This document shows, piece by piece, positions 43,561-52,589 of a stretch of DNA of 64,000 nucleotides. Source of the stretch: Candidatus Methylomirabilota bacterium (lineage in GTDB: Bacteria > Methylomirabilota > Methylomirabilia > Rokubacteriales > CSP1-6); contig DATFYA010000095.1 of the NCBI GenBank assembly GCA_035315345.1, forward strand, positions 8,449-72,448, given 5' to 3'. Position numbers and translations under genes: made by a program. Under the pieces are notes generated by a model. That model was not told where the DNA came from and did no database searches. It saw only the letters and a list, made by a program, of their open reading frames with translations. Positions within the stretch are counted from its first letter, which is position 1. The number at the start of each line of letters is the position of its first letter.

Positions 43561-44409
43561 ATGCCCGATCTGCGCGCGGCCGACCTCACCGATGGTATCG
43601 CGCACGCCGGCATGGCGTGGACAATCCATCGCGAGCGGGTGCTGCTCGCCGGCTGGGGCCGGGCCATCCTGCTGCAGATCGCGCATCCGATGGTGGCGCA
43701 GGGCGTCGCCTACCACAGCGTGTTCACGACGGAGCCCTGGGGCTGGCTGAGGCGCCTCGATCGCACCCTGCGCTCCATGCTCGCGCTGACCTTCGGCTCC
43801 GACGCGCAGGCGGCGGCCGCGGCCGCGCGGATCAACGCCATCCACGACCGCGTGCACGGGCGCCTCGGCGAGGCCGCGGGCGGCAAGCCGGCCGGTGCCG
43901 GCTACGATGCGCACGATCCGGCCCTGCTCACCTGGGTGCACGCGACCCTGCTCGACTCGTTCCTGCTCGCGTACCGGCGCTTCGTGGCGCCGATCGATCG
44001 CCTGGAGGGCGACCGCTACTGCGCCGACGCCGCCGGGATCGAGCCGCTGCTCGGGATCCCGGCCGGCCGGCTGCCGCGCACCGAGGCCCAGCTGCAGGAA
44101 TACCTGGAGAGGACGCTCGCCTCGGGAGCGATCGAGGTCACCGAGACCGCCCGGCGGCTGTCGCGAGAGGTCCTGGCGCCGCCCGTACCCAGCGTGCTGC
44201 GGCCCGCGCTCCGGCTGGCCGCCCTGCCGGCGGTGGGGTTGTTGCCCCCGGCCATTCGAGCCGCGTACGGGCTGCCCTGGAGCCGGGGTCAGGCGCGCGC
44301 GCTGGACGTCCTGGCGGCCATCGCGCGCCGGACGCTGCCCCTGACTCCGGCCGCGCTGCGCTACTGGCCCGATGCCCGGCGCGCCGAGCGACGGCTCAGG
44401 CGGCGATGA
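43561..44409 (+). CDS. MpaB-family oxygenase (DUF2236)
   Basis: Internal ATG at 43561 of ORF 43189..44409. Motifs: LLAGWGRAILLQIAHPMVAQGV, INAIHDRVHG, LLTWVHATL. Confidence 0.7.
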   Translation: MPDLRAADLTDGIAHAGMAWTIHRERVLLAGWGRAILLQIAHPMVAQGVAYHSVFTTEPWGWLRRLDRTLRSMLALTFGSDAQAAAAAARINAIHDRVHGRLGEAAGGKPAGAGYDAHDPALLTWVHATLLDSFLLAYRRFVAPIDRLEGDRYCADAAGIEPLLGIPAGRLPRTEAQLQEYLERTLASGAIEVTETARRLSREVLAPPVPSVLRPALRLAALPAVGLLPPAIRAAYGLPWSRGQARALDVLAAIARRTLPLTPAALRYWPDARRAERRLRRR

Positions 44410-44864
44410 GCGACGTCACGCTCGCGCGGGAATCGCCGCGCCAGGCCGATGTGGGGCGCCTGCTGGCGGCCCTCGATGCGTATCAGAGCGCGCTCTACCC
44501 GGCCGAGAGCAATCACTTCCTCGACGTCGACGCCCTCGCCGCGCCGGCCGTCCGGTTCTTCGTGGCCCGGCGTGACGGCGCTGCCCTGGGCTGCGCCGCC
44601 CTGCGGATCGATCCGGAGAGATATGGCGAGCTGAAGCGGATGTACGTGACGCCGGAGGCCCGGGGCATGAGCCTGGGGCGGCGGCTGCTGGAGCGCGTGG
44701 AGGCGGAAGCGCGGAGAGAGGGCCTCGAGTGCCTACGCCTCGAGACCGGCATTCACCAGCCGGAGGCGCTCGGGCTCTATCGCTCGGCCGGCTACCGCGA
44801 GCGCGAGCCCTTCGGCGACTACGCGCCGGATCCGCTCAGCGTCTTCATGGAGAAGCGCCTCTGA
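44406..44864 (+). CDS. GNAT-family N-acetyltransferase
   Basis: ATGA overlap with the previous stop. Motifs: GELKRMYVTPEARGMSLGRRLLERVEAEAR and LYRSAGY. Confidence 0.8.
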   Translation: MSDVTLARESPRQADVGRLLAALDAYQSALYPAESNHFLDVDALAAPAVRFFVARRDGAALGCAALRIDPERYGELKRMYVTPEARGMSLGRRLLERVEAEARREGLECLRLETGIHQPEALGLYRSAGYREREPFGDYAPDPLSVFMEKRL

Positions 44865-45175
44865 CGCCCCCAGAGCACGCCGAGTACCGCCACGGTGCCG
44901 CCCAGTCCCACCGCCGTCACGACTGCGGCGCGACGGAGCATGTCCCAGCTCCGGCTGACATTGACCATCACGTGGGCCGGGACGGCGTCGAGGTCGGCGC
45001 GAATGCGCCACTTCGCGAACGCCAGCGGGTCGTCGGGATGCCAGAAGCCGCCGTCCCCGTCGGCGATGCACAGATGCAGCTCACAGCTCTCGGGCGTCGC
45101 GCACCGCTCGGCCCTCCAGCCGCGGCCGCCTCCGCGAAGACCACCATGGTGCAGGGTCAGGCACTCAGCAGCCAT
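44819..45175 (-). CDS. hypothetical Cys-containing protein with C-terminal TM helix
   Basis: Internal Met MAAECLTLHHGG of ORF 44819..45265(-). High GC3 is consistent with coding. CATPESCELHLC and a tail helix AAVVTAVGLGGTVAVLGVLWG are present. It overlaps the GNAT 3' end by 46 nt in convergent orientation. I recognised no family. Confidence 0.35.
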   Translation of the reverse strand: MAAECLTLHHGGLRGGGRGWRAERCATPESCELHLCIADGDGGFWHPDDPLAFAKWRIRADLDAVPAHVMVNVSRSWDMLRRAAVVTAVGLGGTVAVLGVLWGRQRRFSMKTLSGSGA

Positions 45176-45579
45176 ATTGCCCCCAGTCCGACGAGTACCG
45201 CCGTCCTGATCAGTCCCGCGAGTCCTACGTGGCCGACGCATGACTTCGTCATGTTTGCCTTTCACCCCTGTGACGCTCGAGCGATCCGCATCGTTTCAAC
45301 CCGTGAGTCTGGACCCGGGAGCGGAGGCGGGCCCCCTCGCTCAGAACCGGTGTGTGACGAGGGATTCGGCGCTTCGTCAACCCGCGCTCCGCTCCGGGCG
45401 ATTTCCAACGAGAGCAAAACGCGGGCCACGCGGCAAAGTCGCTCGAAATGCCGATCAGAGCGTCCTACGCTGCCATGCGTTAAGAAGCGGCGTGGCCAGG
45501 ATTAGGGAAGCAATTTCCCTCTGCAGGTAGGACGGTGGCAGCGGCGCCCTCGGCAAATCACTGTGTTACAGTTACGCGC

Positions 45580-46215
45580 ATGCGGGGGATCCTGATCACC
45601 TTCGAAGGTGTGGAAGGCTCGGGGAAATCCACGCAGTGCACCCGGCTCGCGCGGTATCTGTCCAGTCGGTGGCTCGAAGTTGCCCAGACCAGTGAGCCGG
45701 ACGGCACCGCGCTCGGTCTGCGCATCCGCACGCTGTTCGAGGAGGGCCCGACACCGACGCCGCTCACCCAGGCGTTTCTGTTCATGGCCGCTCGCCAGGA
45801 GCACGTCACGCGGATCATCGCGCCCGCGCTCGCGCGGGGCGCGGTGGTGCTCTCCGACCGGTACGCCGACGCCACCGTGGCCTACCAGGGCTACGGACAG
45901 GGGCTGGACGTCCAGACCATCCGTGAGCTGAACGTGCTCGCCACCGGCGGCCTCGTTCCCGACCTGACGCTGGTGCTGGATCTGGACCCGGCCATCGGCA
46001 TGCAGCGCATCCGGGGCCGCACGCTCGACGCGTTCGAGAAGATGGACCTCGCCTTCCATCGGCGCGTGCGCGAGGGGTACCTCGAGATCGCGCGGGGCGA
46101 CAAGCGCCGGGTGGCGGTGCTCGACGCCGCGCAGGAGGCCGACGCGCTGCACGCCGAGGTGGTGCGGGTCGTGGACGATCATCTGAGCCGTCGCGGAGGT
46201 GCCGGTGGCGCTTGA
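45580..46215 (+). CDS. tmk: dTMP (thymidylate) kinase
   Basis: Internal Met MRGILITFEGVEGSGKSTQ (P-loop). Also DRYADATVAYQGYG. Confidence 0.9.
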   Translation: MRGILITFEGVEGSGKSTQCTRLARYLSSRWLEVAQTSEPDGTALGLRIRTLFEEGPTPTPLTQAFLFMAARQEHVTRIIAPALARGAVVLSDRYADATVAYQGYGQGLDVQTIRELNVLATGGLVPDLTLVLDLDPAIGMQRIRGRTLDAFEKMDLAFHRRVREGYLEIARGDKRRVAVLDAAQEADALHAEVVRVVDDHLSRRGGAGGA

Positions 46216-47107
46216 GGGGATCCGTGACCAGCCCGAGGCGGTGACGCTGCTGCGCCGCGCGCTCGCCACGTCGCGGGTCGCGCACGCGTACGCCTTCGTG
46301 GGGCCGGAGGGCTCGGGCCGGAAGGCCACGGCGCTGGCCTTCGCGTCGGCACTGGTAGCCCCGCCGGGCAGCGCCGCCGCGCAGCGGGCCGAGCGCGGCG
46401 GCCAACCGCCCCGCCGTCATCCCGACATCCACGTGCTCGGCGCGACGCCGCCCGCGGGTAACCCCAAGGGAGCGCCGGCGCTGCGGATCGAAACGGTCCG
46501 CGAGCTGGAGCGGCTGGCTGCGCTCAAGCCGCTGGAGGCGAACATCAAGGTCTTCGTGGTGGATGACGCCGAGAAGATGACCGCGGCGACGCCCCAGGCG
46601 TTCCTGAAGACGCTCGAGGAGCCGCCGGCCCGGACCGTGATCATCCTGATCCTCTCACAGCTCCGCGCGCTGCCGCCGACCGTGCTGTCGCGCTGCCAGG
46701 TCGTGCGCTTCCATCCGCGTCTCACCGAGGGCATGCCCGCGCTGCTGCCCGACGTGCGCACCGACGCGCATACCCGGAGCCTGCGGCTCCTCGTCGAGGC
46801 GCGGGAGCAGGGCGTCGAGGCCGTCCTCCGCCTCGGGGAGCAGATCGGGCGCGACCGGCAGGCCGCGGAGACGTTCGTCGAGGCGTGCTGGCTCTGGCAC
46901 CGCGATCTGCTGTGCGGCCTCGCGGGCGCCCCCGCGCGCCTGATGATCCGGAGCGAGGCGCAGGCGGCGGGGCGCGAGCGGTCGCTGGAGCGGCTGACCG
47001 AGGCGCTGCGCGATTGCCGCGAGGCCTGGCTGGCCATCCAGGGCAATGTTTCCCCGCGCCTCACGGTCGAGGTGTTGCTGGGGCGGCTGACCGGACTGGC
47101 CGCGTGA
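46199..47107 (+). CDS. holB: DNA polymerase III delta-prime subunit
   Basis: ORF 46199..47107(+). Motifs: HAYAFVGPEGSGRK, FVVDDAEKMTAATPQAFLKTLEEPP, LSRCQVVRF. It overlaps the tmk 3' end by 17 nt. Confidence 0.85.
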   Translation: MPVALEGIRDQPEAVTLLRRALATSRVAHAYAFVGPEGSGRKATALAFASALVAPPGSAAAQRAERGGQPPRRHPDIHVLGATPPAGNPKGAPALRIETVRELERLAALKPLEANIKVFVVDDAEKMTAATPQAFLKTLEEPPARTVIILILSQLRALPPTVLSRCQVVRFHPRLTEGMPALLPDVRTDAHTRSLRLLVEAREQGVEAVLRLGEQIGRDRQAAETFVEACWLWHRDLLCGLAGAPARLMIRSEAQAAGRERSLERLTEALRDCREAWLAIQGNVSPRLTVEVLLGRLTGLAA

Positions 47108-47110
47108 GGC

Positions 47111-47168
47111 CATGAGCGAGACCCCCATGAGTGAGATTCCCCATGAGCGAGACCCAATGAGCGATTCG
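47111..47168 (+). repeat. imperfect tandem repeat of about 15 nt (CATGAGCGAGACCCC), about 3.7 units, each carrying an ATG
   Basis: ATGs at 47112, 47127 and 47157 are in frame; the one at 47143 is out of frame. Unit lengths of 15, 16 and 14 nt sum to 45. Confidence 0.8.
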
Positions 47169-48047
47169 ATCGAGCCGACCGTCACGACGGAGCCGGTGGT
47201 GGACGAGGCGCCTCGCTACCTCGTCGGGGTGCGGCTGCGCGAGCCGGTGCTGGCCGAGGACTACCAGACCACCGAGACGGATCTGCACGTCGGCGACTTC
47301 GTGGTGGTGGAGACGGGCGGCGGCACCACCGTGGGAGAGGTGCGCCGTCCCCGACGCGACATCCCCGAGTTCAAGCGGGGCCGCATGTACCGTCGCGTCG
47401 TCCGCCGCGCCACCTCCGGCGAGGAGACCGACTGGCGCGAGCGGCGCGCCCGAGAGGTCAGAGGCGTCGAGGCCGCGCAGCGGCTGGCCCGCGGCCGATC
47501 CCTCGCCATGAAGATCGTGGACGTGGAGATCGAGCCCTCGCGCCGCCGGGTGGTGGTGTTCTTCAACTCCGAGGAGCGCGTGGATTTCCGCGACCTCGTG
47601 CGCGACCTGGCCCGCGAGTTCCACGCCCGCATCGAGATGCGCCAGATCGGCGCGCGCGACACCACCAAGCTGCTCGACGGGATCGGGCCGTGCGGCCGTC
47701 AGCTGTGCTGCTCGTCGCACCTGCGCAAGTTCGACCCGATCTCGGTGAAGATGGCCAAGGCGCAGGACATGCCGCTGACCGACAGCCGGCTGCTCGGCAA
47801 CTGCGGCCGGCTCAAGTGTTGCCTGCTCTACGAGTTCTCGACCTACGAGGAGCTGCGCTCGCGGCTGCCGCGGGTCAACAGCGCCTGCTCGGCCGATTGC
47901 GGCGGAGGCGGCTGCATGACCGGCAAGGTGCGCTCGCTCCGAGTCCTGAAGCAGTCGGTGATCGTCGGGTTCCCGGACGGCACCGAGGCCGAGGTCCCGC
48001 TCGCCCAGCTCACCTGGGAGGGCCGCGACCACATCAAGCCGGCCTGA
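47112..48047 (+). CDS. PSP1-domain protein (YaaT/RicT-like)
   Basis: ORF 47112..48047(+). Motifs: RIEMRQIGARDTTKLLDGIGPCGRQLCCSSHLRKF and GNCGRLKCCLLYE. The true start is ambiguous among 47112, 47127 and 47157. Confidence 0.85.
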   Translation: MSETPMSEIPHERDPMSDSIEPTVTTEPVVDEAPRYLVGVRLREPVLAEDYQTTETDLHVGDFVVVETGGGTTVGEVRRPRRDIPEFKRGRMYRRVVRRATSGEETDWRERRAREVRGVEAAQRLARGRSLAMKIVDVEIEPSRRRVVVFFNSEERVDFRDLVRDLAREFHARIEMRQIGARDTTKLLDGIGPCGRQLCCSSHLRKFDPISVKMAKAQDMPLTDSRLLGNCGRLKCCLLYEFSTYEELRSRLPRVNSACSADCGGGGCMTGKVRSLRVLKQSVIVGFPDGTEAEVPLAQLTWEGRDHIKPA

Positions 48048-48066
48048 GGGGCCGGCCACCCCGGGC

Positions 48067-49980
48067 ATGGGCACCTTCTACCTCACCACTCCGATCTACT
48101 ACGTCAACGCGCGGCCGCATCTGGGTCACGCGTGCACCACCATCATGGCCGACGCGATGTGCCGCTATCACCGGCTCGCGGGCGACCGCGTCTATTTCCT
48201 CACCGGCACCGACGAGCATGGTGAGCGGATCGCGCAGGTGGCGGCCAAGGCCGGGAAGACGCCGCAGGCCTACGCGGACGAGATCGCGGCCGTGTTCGAG
48301 GAAACCTGGCGCCGCCTCGGCATCACCAACGACGATTTCATCCGCACCACCGAGCCGCGGCACCAGAAGGTCGTGCAGGAGGTCCTGCAGCGGCTCTTCG
48401 ACGCGGGGGAGATCTACTTCGGCGAGTACGGCGGCTGGTACTGCTACGGGTGCGAGCGCTTCTACACCGAGAAGGAGATCGTGGACGGCAAGTGCCCCGA
48501 TCACCAGACCGCGCTGACCTTCATCAAGGAGAAGAACTACTTCTTCAAGATGTCGAAGCACCAGGACTGGCTGATCAAGCATCTCGAGGAGCACCCGGAC
48601 TTCATCCAGCCCGAGCGGTACCGCAACGAGGTGCTGGGCTTCCTCCGCGAGCCGCTCCAGGATCTGTCGATCAGCCGGCCGAAGTCGCGCGTGGTGTGGG
48701 GTATCCCGCTGCCCTTCGACGACCAGTACGTGACCTACGTCTGGTTCGATGCGCTGCTCAATTACTACTCGGCGGTCGCGGAGCCGCCACAGGAGAAGAC
48801 GCGCGGGCTCTGGGCGCACGTCGAGCACCTGATCGGCAAGGACATCCTGAAGCCCCACGGGGTGTACTGGCCCACCATGCTGAAGGCGGCCGGTATCCCG
48901 CTCTATCGGCACCTCCACGTCCACGGCTACTGGTCGCTGGGCGGCAGCAAGATGTCGAAGTCCATCGGCAACGTGGTGGAGGCCTTCCAGCTCACCGACA
49001 AGTATGGCCACGACGCGTTCCGCTACTTCCTGCTTCGCGAGATGAGCTTCGGGCTCGACGCCAGCTTCAGCGAGGAGGCGCTGGTCGAGCGGCTGAACGC
49101 GGACCTGGCCAACGACCTGGGCAACCTGGTGAGCCGGGCGACCACGCTGATCGCCGCCGCCGGCCCCATCGGGCGGGTGACCGCGCCGCTCGAGGCCGCG
49201 GACCGGGAGATCGTGGAGGCCGCGGCCGCGGCGCGGGTGGCGGTCGAGCAGGCGATGCGCGACTTCGCATTCCAGAAGGCGCTGGCCGGCCTCTGGGCGT
49301 TCATCGGCACCGTGAACCGCTACGTGGACGGCAGCGCGCCCTGGGCCCTGGCCAAGGACCCGGCCCGACGACCCCGCCTCGAGCGCGTCCTGTGCACGCT
49401 TGCCGACTCGCTCGGGTTCCTCGGCATCTTGCTGGATCCCTTCCTGCCGGACGCGGCGCGGAAGATCCGCGAGGGCCTCGGCCGCGGCGAGGTGCCGGTG
49501 CTGGCGGACGCGGTGGTGGGGCGGCTGGGCGCGGTGCCGCGGGTGAGCCGGGTGTCCGGCTTGTTTCCGCGCGTCGATACGAAAGCCCCTCGGTCCGGCA
49601 CCCCTCAGGGCGAGGGGAGAGGGCAGGCCGAGGGGAGCGGCAGTGAGGGGAGCGGCGGCAAGATCCCGATCGCCGACTTCCAGAAGGTCGAGCTACGCGT
49701 CGCCGAAGTGCTGGCCGCCGAGCGCCTGCCGAAGTCGAAGAAGCTGCTCAACCTCACGATCCAGGTGGGGGACGAGACCCGCACGCTGGTCGCCGGCGTG
49801 GCCGAGCACTACGAGCCGGCGAGCCTCGTCGGCCGGAAAGTGGTGATCGTCGCCAATCTTCAGCCGGCCACCCTGATGGGCGTCGAGTCCAACGGCATGG
49901 TCCTGGCCGCCTCGCACGAGGGCACGGTGTCGCTCCTCACCCTCGACAAGGACGTGCCCTCGGGCTCGCGCGTGAAGTAG
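48067..49980 (+). CDS. metG: methionine--tRNA ligase with C-terminal tRNA-binding (Trbp111/EMAPII-like) domain
   Basis: ORF 48067..49980(+). Motifs: TTPIYYVNARPHLGHA (HIGH-type), KMSKSIGNV (KMSKS). The C-terminus is DFQKVELRVAEVLAAERLPKSKKLLNL. Confidence 0.95.
   Translation: MGTFYLTTPIYYVNARPHLGHACTTIMADAMCRYHRLAGDRVYFLTGTDEHGERIAQVAAKAGKTPQAYADEIAAVFEETWRRLGITNDDFIRTTEPRHQKVVQEVLQRLFDAGEIYFGEYGGWYCYGCERFYTEKEIVDGKCPDHQTALTFIKEKNYFFKMSKHQDWLIKHLEEHPDFIQPERYRNEVLGFLREPLQDLSISRPKSRVVWGIPLPFDDQYVTYVWFDALLNYYSAVAEPPQEKTRGLWAHVEHLIGKDILKPHGVYWPTMLKAAGIPLYRHLHVHGYWSLGGSKMSKSIGNVVEAFQLTDKYGHDAFRYFLLREMSFGLDASFSEEALVERLNADLANDLGNLVSRATTLIAAAGPIGRVTAPLEAADREIVEAAAAARVAVEQAMRDFAFQKALAGLWAFIGTVNRYVDGSAPWALAKDPARRPRLERVLCTLADSLGFLGILLDPFLPDAARKIREGLGRGEVPVLADAVVGRLGAVPRVSRVSGLFPRVDTKAPRSGTPQGEGRGQAEGSGSEGSGGKIPIADFQKVELRVAEVLAAERLPKSKKLLNLTIQVGDETRTLVAGVAEHYEPASLVGRKVVIVANLQPATLMGVESNGMVLAASHEGTVSLLTLDKDVPSGSRVK
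49601..49656 (+). repeat. GC-rich REP-like element copy lying in frame in the metG inter-domain linker
   Basis: CCCCTCAGGGCGAGGGGAGAGGGCAGGCCGAGGGGAGCGGCAGTGAGGGGAGCGG resembles the intergenic element at 61051-61095 (CCCCTCAGGGGAGAGGGCAGGGTGAGGGGTGGCGG). It encodes PQGEGRGQAEGSGSEGSG. Confidence 0.5.
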
Positions 49981-49995
49981 CGGCCGCAGCCGCGC

Positions 49996-50562
49996 TCAGC
50001 CGATCCGCGAGTTCCGCTCGCGGCGCGGCCTGACCCACACCTCCTGGGCGGCCAGCTGCACCGCGATCCCGAACAAGGTGTGGGCCAGCACGTTGACGGC
50101 CTGGGCGGGAGCGGTCGCTTCCCAGCTCTTCCGACCGCGACGGTGGCGGGGCAGCAGGCCGACGAGCCCGATCGCCCAGAGCGCCAGCCCGAAGCCCACC
50201 CCGGGAAGCAGGCTGCCGCGTTCGCGCTTGGCCAGCACCGGCCCGGCCAGCGCGCCCCACCCCGCGCCGTAGGCCAGGTGCAGCGCCTGATGAGACACGT
50301 GACGGCGGGCGTTGTCCTCCGCCGAGGCGGAATCCGGATCGCCCAGCAGCCATTCTTCGATGAACTCCGGCACCATCTCGTCGATCAGCCCGATCCGTCG
50401 CGCGTAGAGACGGAGCACGCTCATGGCGGCGGCCCCGTAGAGCCCACCGACCGCTCCCGCGGCGAGCGCGGTGAGTGAGGGCCGGCTGCGAGACGAGGCC
50501 CACGGCGCGCGCGCGAGATCCCCGAGCTGTTCGGTCGACGGCACGAGCTGGCTGGTCGTCAT
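49996..50562 (-). CDS. hypothetical integral membrane protein
   Basis: Internal Met MTTSQLV, 6 nt after GGGGAGG, within ORF 49996..50628(-). There are about 4 hydrophobic helices. Confidence 0.55.
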   Translation of the reverse strand: MTTSQLVPSTEQLGDLARAPWASSRSRPSLTALAAGAVGGLYGAAAMSVLRLYARRIGLIDEMVPEFIEEWLLGDPDSASAEDNARRHVSHQALHLAYGAGWGALAGPVLAKRERGSLLPGVGFGLALWAIGLVGLLPRHRRGRKSWEATAPAQAVNVLAHTLFGIAVQLAAQEVWVRPRRERNSRIG

Positions 50563-50737
50563 CGAGTCCTCCCCGCGTTCGGTAGCGTCGCACCTCGTAG
50601 CGTTGTGCCTTGATGAGGAGCAAGGCACGTGCCTCGCCGGTCTCCTCCACCCTTCAACGATTCCGCGGAGCGCGGAGCGGAACGTCCGCTCCGCCCGGTC
50701 GTTTCGACCGGCCCGATGTGCGCGACGCGCCGCGCGA

Positions 50738-51019
50738 TCAGCGCAGCTGTGGTCGCGCCGGATCGGACAGATCGAGCGCGTCCCAGCGGACCCGCCTCAG
50801 CGCCGCGCGCTGGGTGCCGCGGAGCGTGTGCCATCGCAGGCGGAGCCCCGTCGGAGACAGCCGCTGCCTCCAGCCGACCGGCCCCAGGAGGAAGTGCGTC
50901 ACGATCCAGTCGCGGCCGTCGCGTGCGACCCGCATGTCCTCGATGCGTCCAACGCGCCGTCCCGCGGCGTCGCGCACCACCCGGCCCAGCAACAGATCGA
51001 CTCGGATCTCGCGTCTCAT
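50738..51019 (-). CDS. PRC-barrel-like small protein
   Basis: Internal Met MRREIRVDLLLGRVVRDAAGRRVGRIEDMRVARDG of ORF 50738..51394(-). It fits the PRC-barrel pattern (L.G..V.D..G..vG.v.D). Confidence 0.45.
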   Translation of the reverse strand: MRREIRVDLLLGRVVRDAAGRRVGRIEDMRVARDGRDWIVTHFLLGPVGWRQRLSPTGLRLRWHTLRGTQRAALRRVRWDALDLSDPARPQLR

Positions 51020-51024
51020 CGCGG

Positions 51025-51381
51025 TCAGCTGCCCGGGATGCGCTCGACCACCTTGTGGCGAAGCCATCGCTCCCATACCTGCGCGGGCCACGCGGCCTGG
51101 TCGTCGCGGAGCTTGAGGCGCTTGCCGAACGTCCGGATGGCGGAGAGCGGGATGCGGCACACGCGGCCGCGCGAGGGGCTGAATCGCCGCGCCAGGGCGC
51201 GCGTCCACCGTTCCAGGCGCGGATGGATGCGACGGGCGAACGTGGCCCCGCCGATCTCGACCCAGACCAGCCGCAGCGGGCGGCCGTCGGTGTACGAGGC
51301 GATCACACCGTCGACCCGGCCCATCGGCTCGCCGTCCGCGCCGATCAGGGGCATGTCGAGCAGGTCGCGCCGGATGTCCAT
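51025..51381 (-). CDS. PRC-barrel-like small protein
   Basis: Internal Met MDIRRDLLDMPLIGADGEPMGRVDGVIASY of ORF 51025..51471(-). Its ATG overlaps the NRAMP stop (TGATG). Confidence 0.45.
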   Translation of the reverse strand: MDIRRDLLDMPLIGADGEPMGRVDGVIASYTDGRPLRLVWVEIGGATFARRIHPRLERWTRALARRFSPSRGRVCRIPLSAIRTFGKRLKLRDDQAAWPAQVWERWLRHKVVERIPGS

Positions 51382-52589
51382 CAGCCGCCCGCAATGGCCA
51401 GCGGGATGGATACGACCGCCAGCGCGAGCGAGACCGCGACGATGACCACCGCGAAGCCGTTGGCCAGCCACCCGTTGGCGTGGCGACCGAGGTAGCGGCG
51501 ATCGTTCATCAGCAGCAGCAGCGGCGAGAGCGCCAGGGGCAAGACCGCCGCGGTGAGCGCCATGGCCAGATTCGTCAGCTGGAGCGCGTCCACGCCGGCC
51601 AGCGTGAAGCAGACGCCGACCGCGACCAGCGCGGTGTACGTGAGCACGAAGCGCGAGGCCTCGCGCGGCCGAAGGTTCTCACCCCATCTCCAGTTGTAGC
51701 CCTGGGCGAGCAGGTAGGTGATGGCCAGGGTGATCTCGAGCGCGGCGCCCAGACAGCCGATCCAGAGCGAGGCGACGAAGAGCCAGAATCCGGTGCGCCC
51801 GAACACGCGCGACAGCACCAGCGGCAACGCCGCGTAGTCTTCGATCCGCATGTCGGGCATCACCATCGCGGCGACCACCAGGACCGCGCCGGCGAGGACC
51901 CCGCCGAACAGCATGCCGACCGCGGCCACGATCCGGTTGGCGCTCAGCTCCGCGATCGTCCATTCGTCTTCGATGGCCCCGGACGAGTAGAAGTAGAAGA
52001 GATACGGCGTGAGGGTGGCGCCGAGAATGCTCACCGCGAGGAACCAGTAGCGGCCGTCGGGCTCGGCGGGCAGCGACGGCAGCAGCCCGGCCGCCATGGC
52101 CGGTCCCGGCGGATCGACACGGAAGGCCGCCACGAGGAACGACAGGGTCACCAGCCCGAGCCCGGCCACCCCGTACTCGATGACGCCGAACTTGCCCTTC
52201 CAGAGGATCAGCCAGACCAGGAAGGCGATGGGCAGGCCCCAGAGGCGGAACGACACGCCGGTGGCCAGCTCGGTGGCGATCGCGAGGCCGGTCAGCTCGG
52301 CGCCCAGGACCAGCACGCTCGTGACGCCCACGCCGAGCACGACCAGCCCGAACACCCGAGCGCCGAAACGCTCGCGGAGGGCGTCGCCGAGCGTGCGCTG
52401 GCTCACCGCGGAGAACCGCCCGGCCATCTCGGTGAGGCTGATCGCGCAGAGCGTCCCGAGCGCCACCACCCAGAGGAGCCGGAAGCCGAACTCGGCGCCC
52501 GCCTGCATGGCGGTCACGATGGAGCCGATCTCCAGGAACCCGCCGACGCTCGTCAGGATGCCGAGGGCGACGTGCAGGAGACGCTTCAC
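51381..52589 (-). CDS. NRAMP-family divalent metal cation transporter
   Basis: GTG start (GTGA overlap with the ctaE stop) within ORF 51381..53141(-). The protein has about 11 TM helices. Motifs: GGFLEIGSIVTAMQAGAEFGFRLLW, and ILGATLTPYLFYFYSSG. Confidence 0.75.
   Translation of the reverse strand: MKRLLHVALGILTSVGGFLEIGSIVTAMQAGAEFGFRLLWVVALGTLCAISLTEMAGRFSAVSQRTLGDALRERFGARVFGLVVLGVGVTSVLVLGAELTGLAIATELATGVSFRLWGLPIAFLVWLILWKGKFGVIEYGVAGLGLVTLSFLVAAFRVDPPGPAMAAGLLPSLPAEPDGRYWFLAVSILGATLTPYLFYFYSSGAIEDEWTIAELSANRIVAAVGMLFGGVLAGAVLVVAAMVMPDMRIEDYAALPLVLSRVFGRTGFWLFVASLWIGCLGAALEITLAITYLLAQGYNWRWGENLRPREASRFVLTYTALVAVGVCFTLAGVDALQLTNLAMALTAAVLPLALSPLLLLMNDRRYLGRHANGWLANGFAVVIVAVSLALAVVSIPLAIAGG

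Noticed and set aside
45176-45579. tRNA-Sec (selC) or another tRNA in the large non-coding gaps.
   Set aside because: I found no CUUCAAA-type anticodon loop with flanking stems on either strand, no GTTCGA-type T-loop in the intergenic regions, and no acceptor-stem pairing. A tRNAscan or Infernal run would be decisive.
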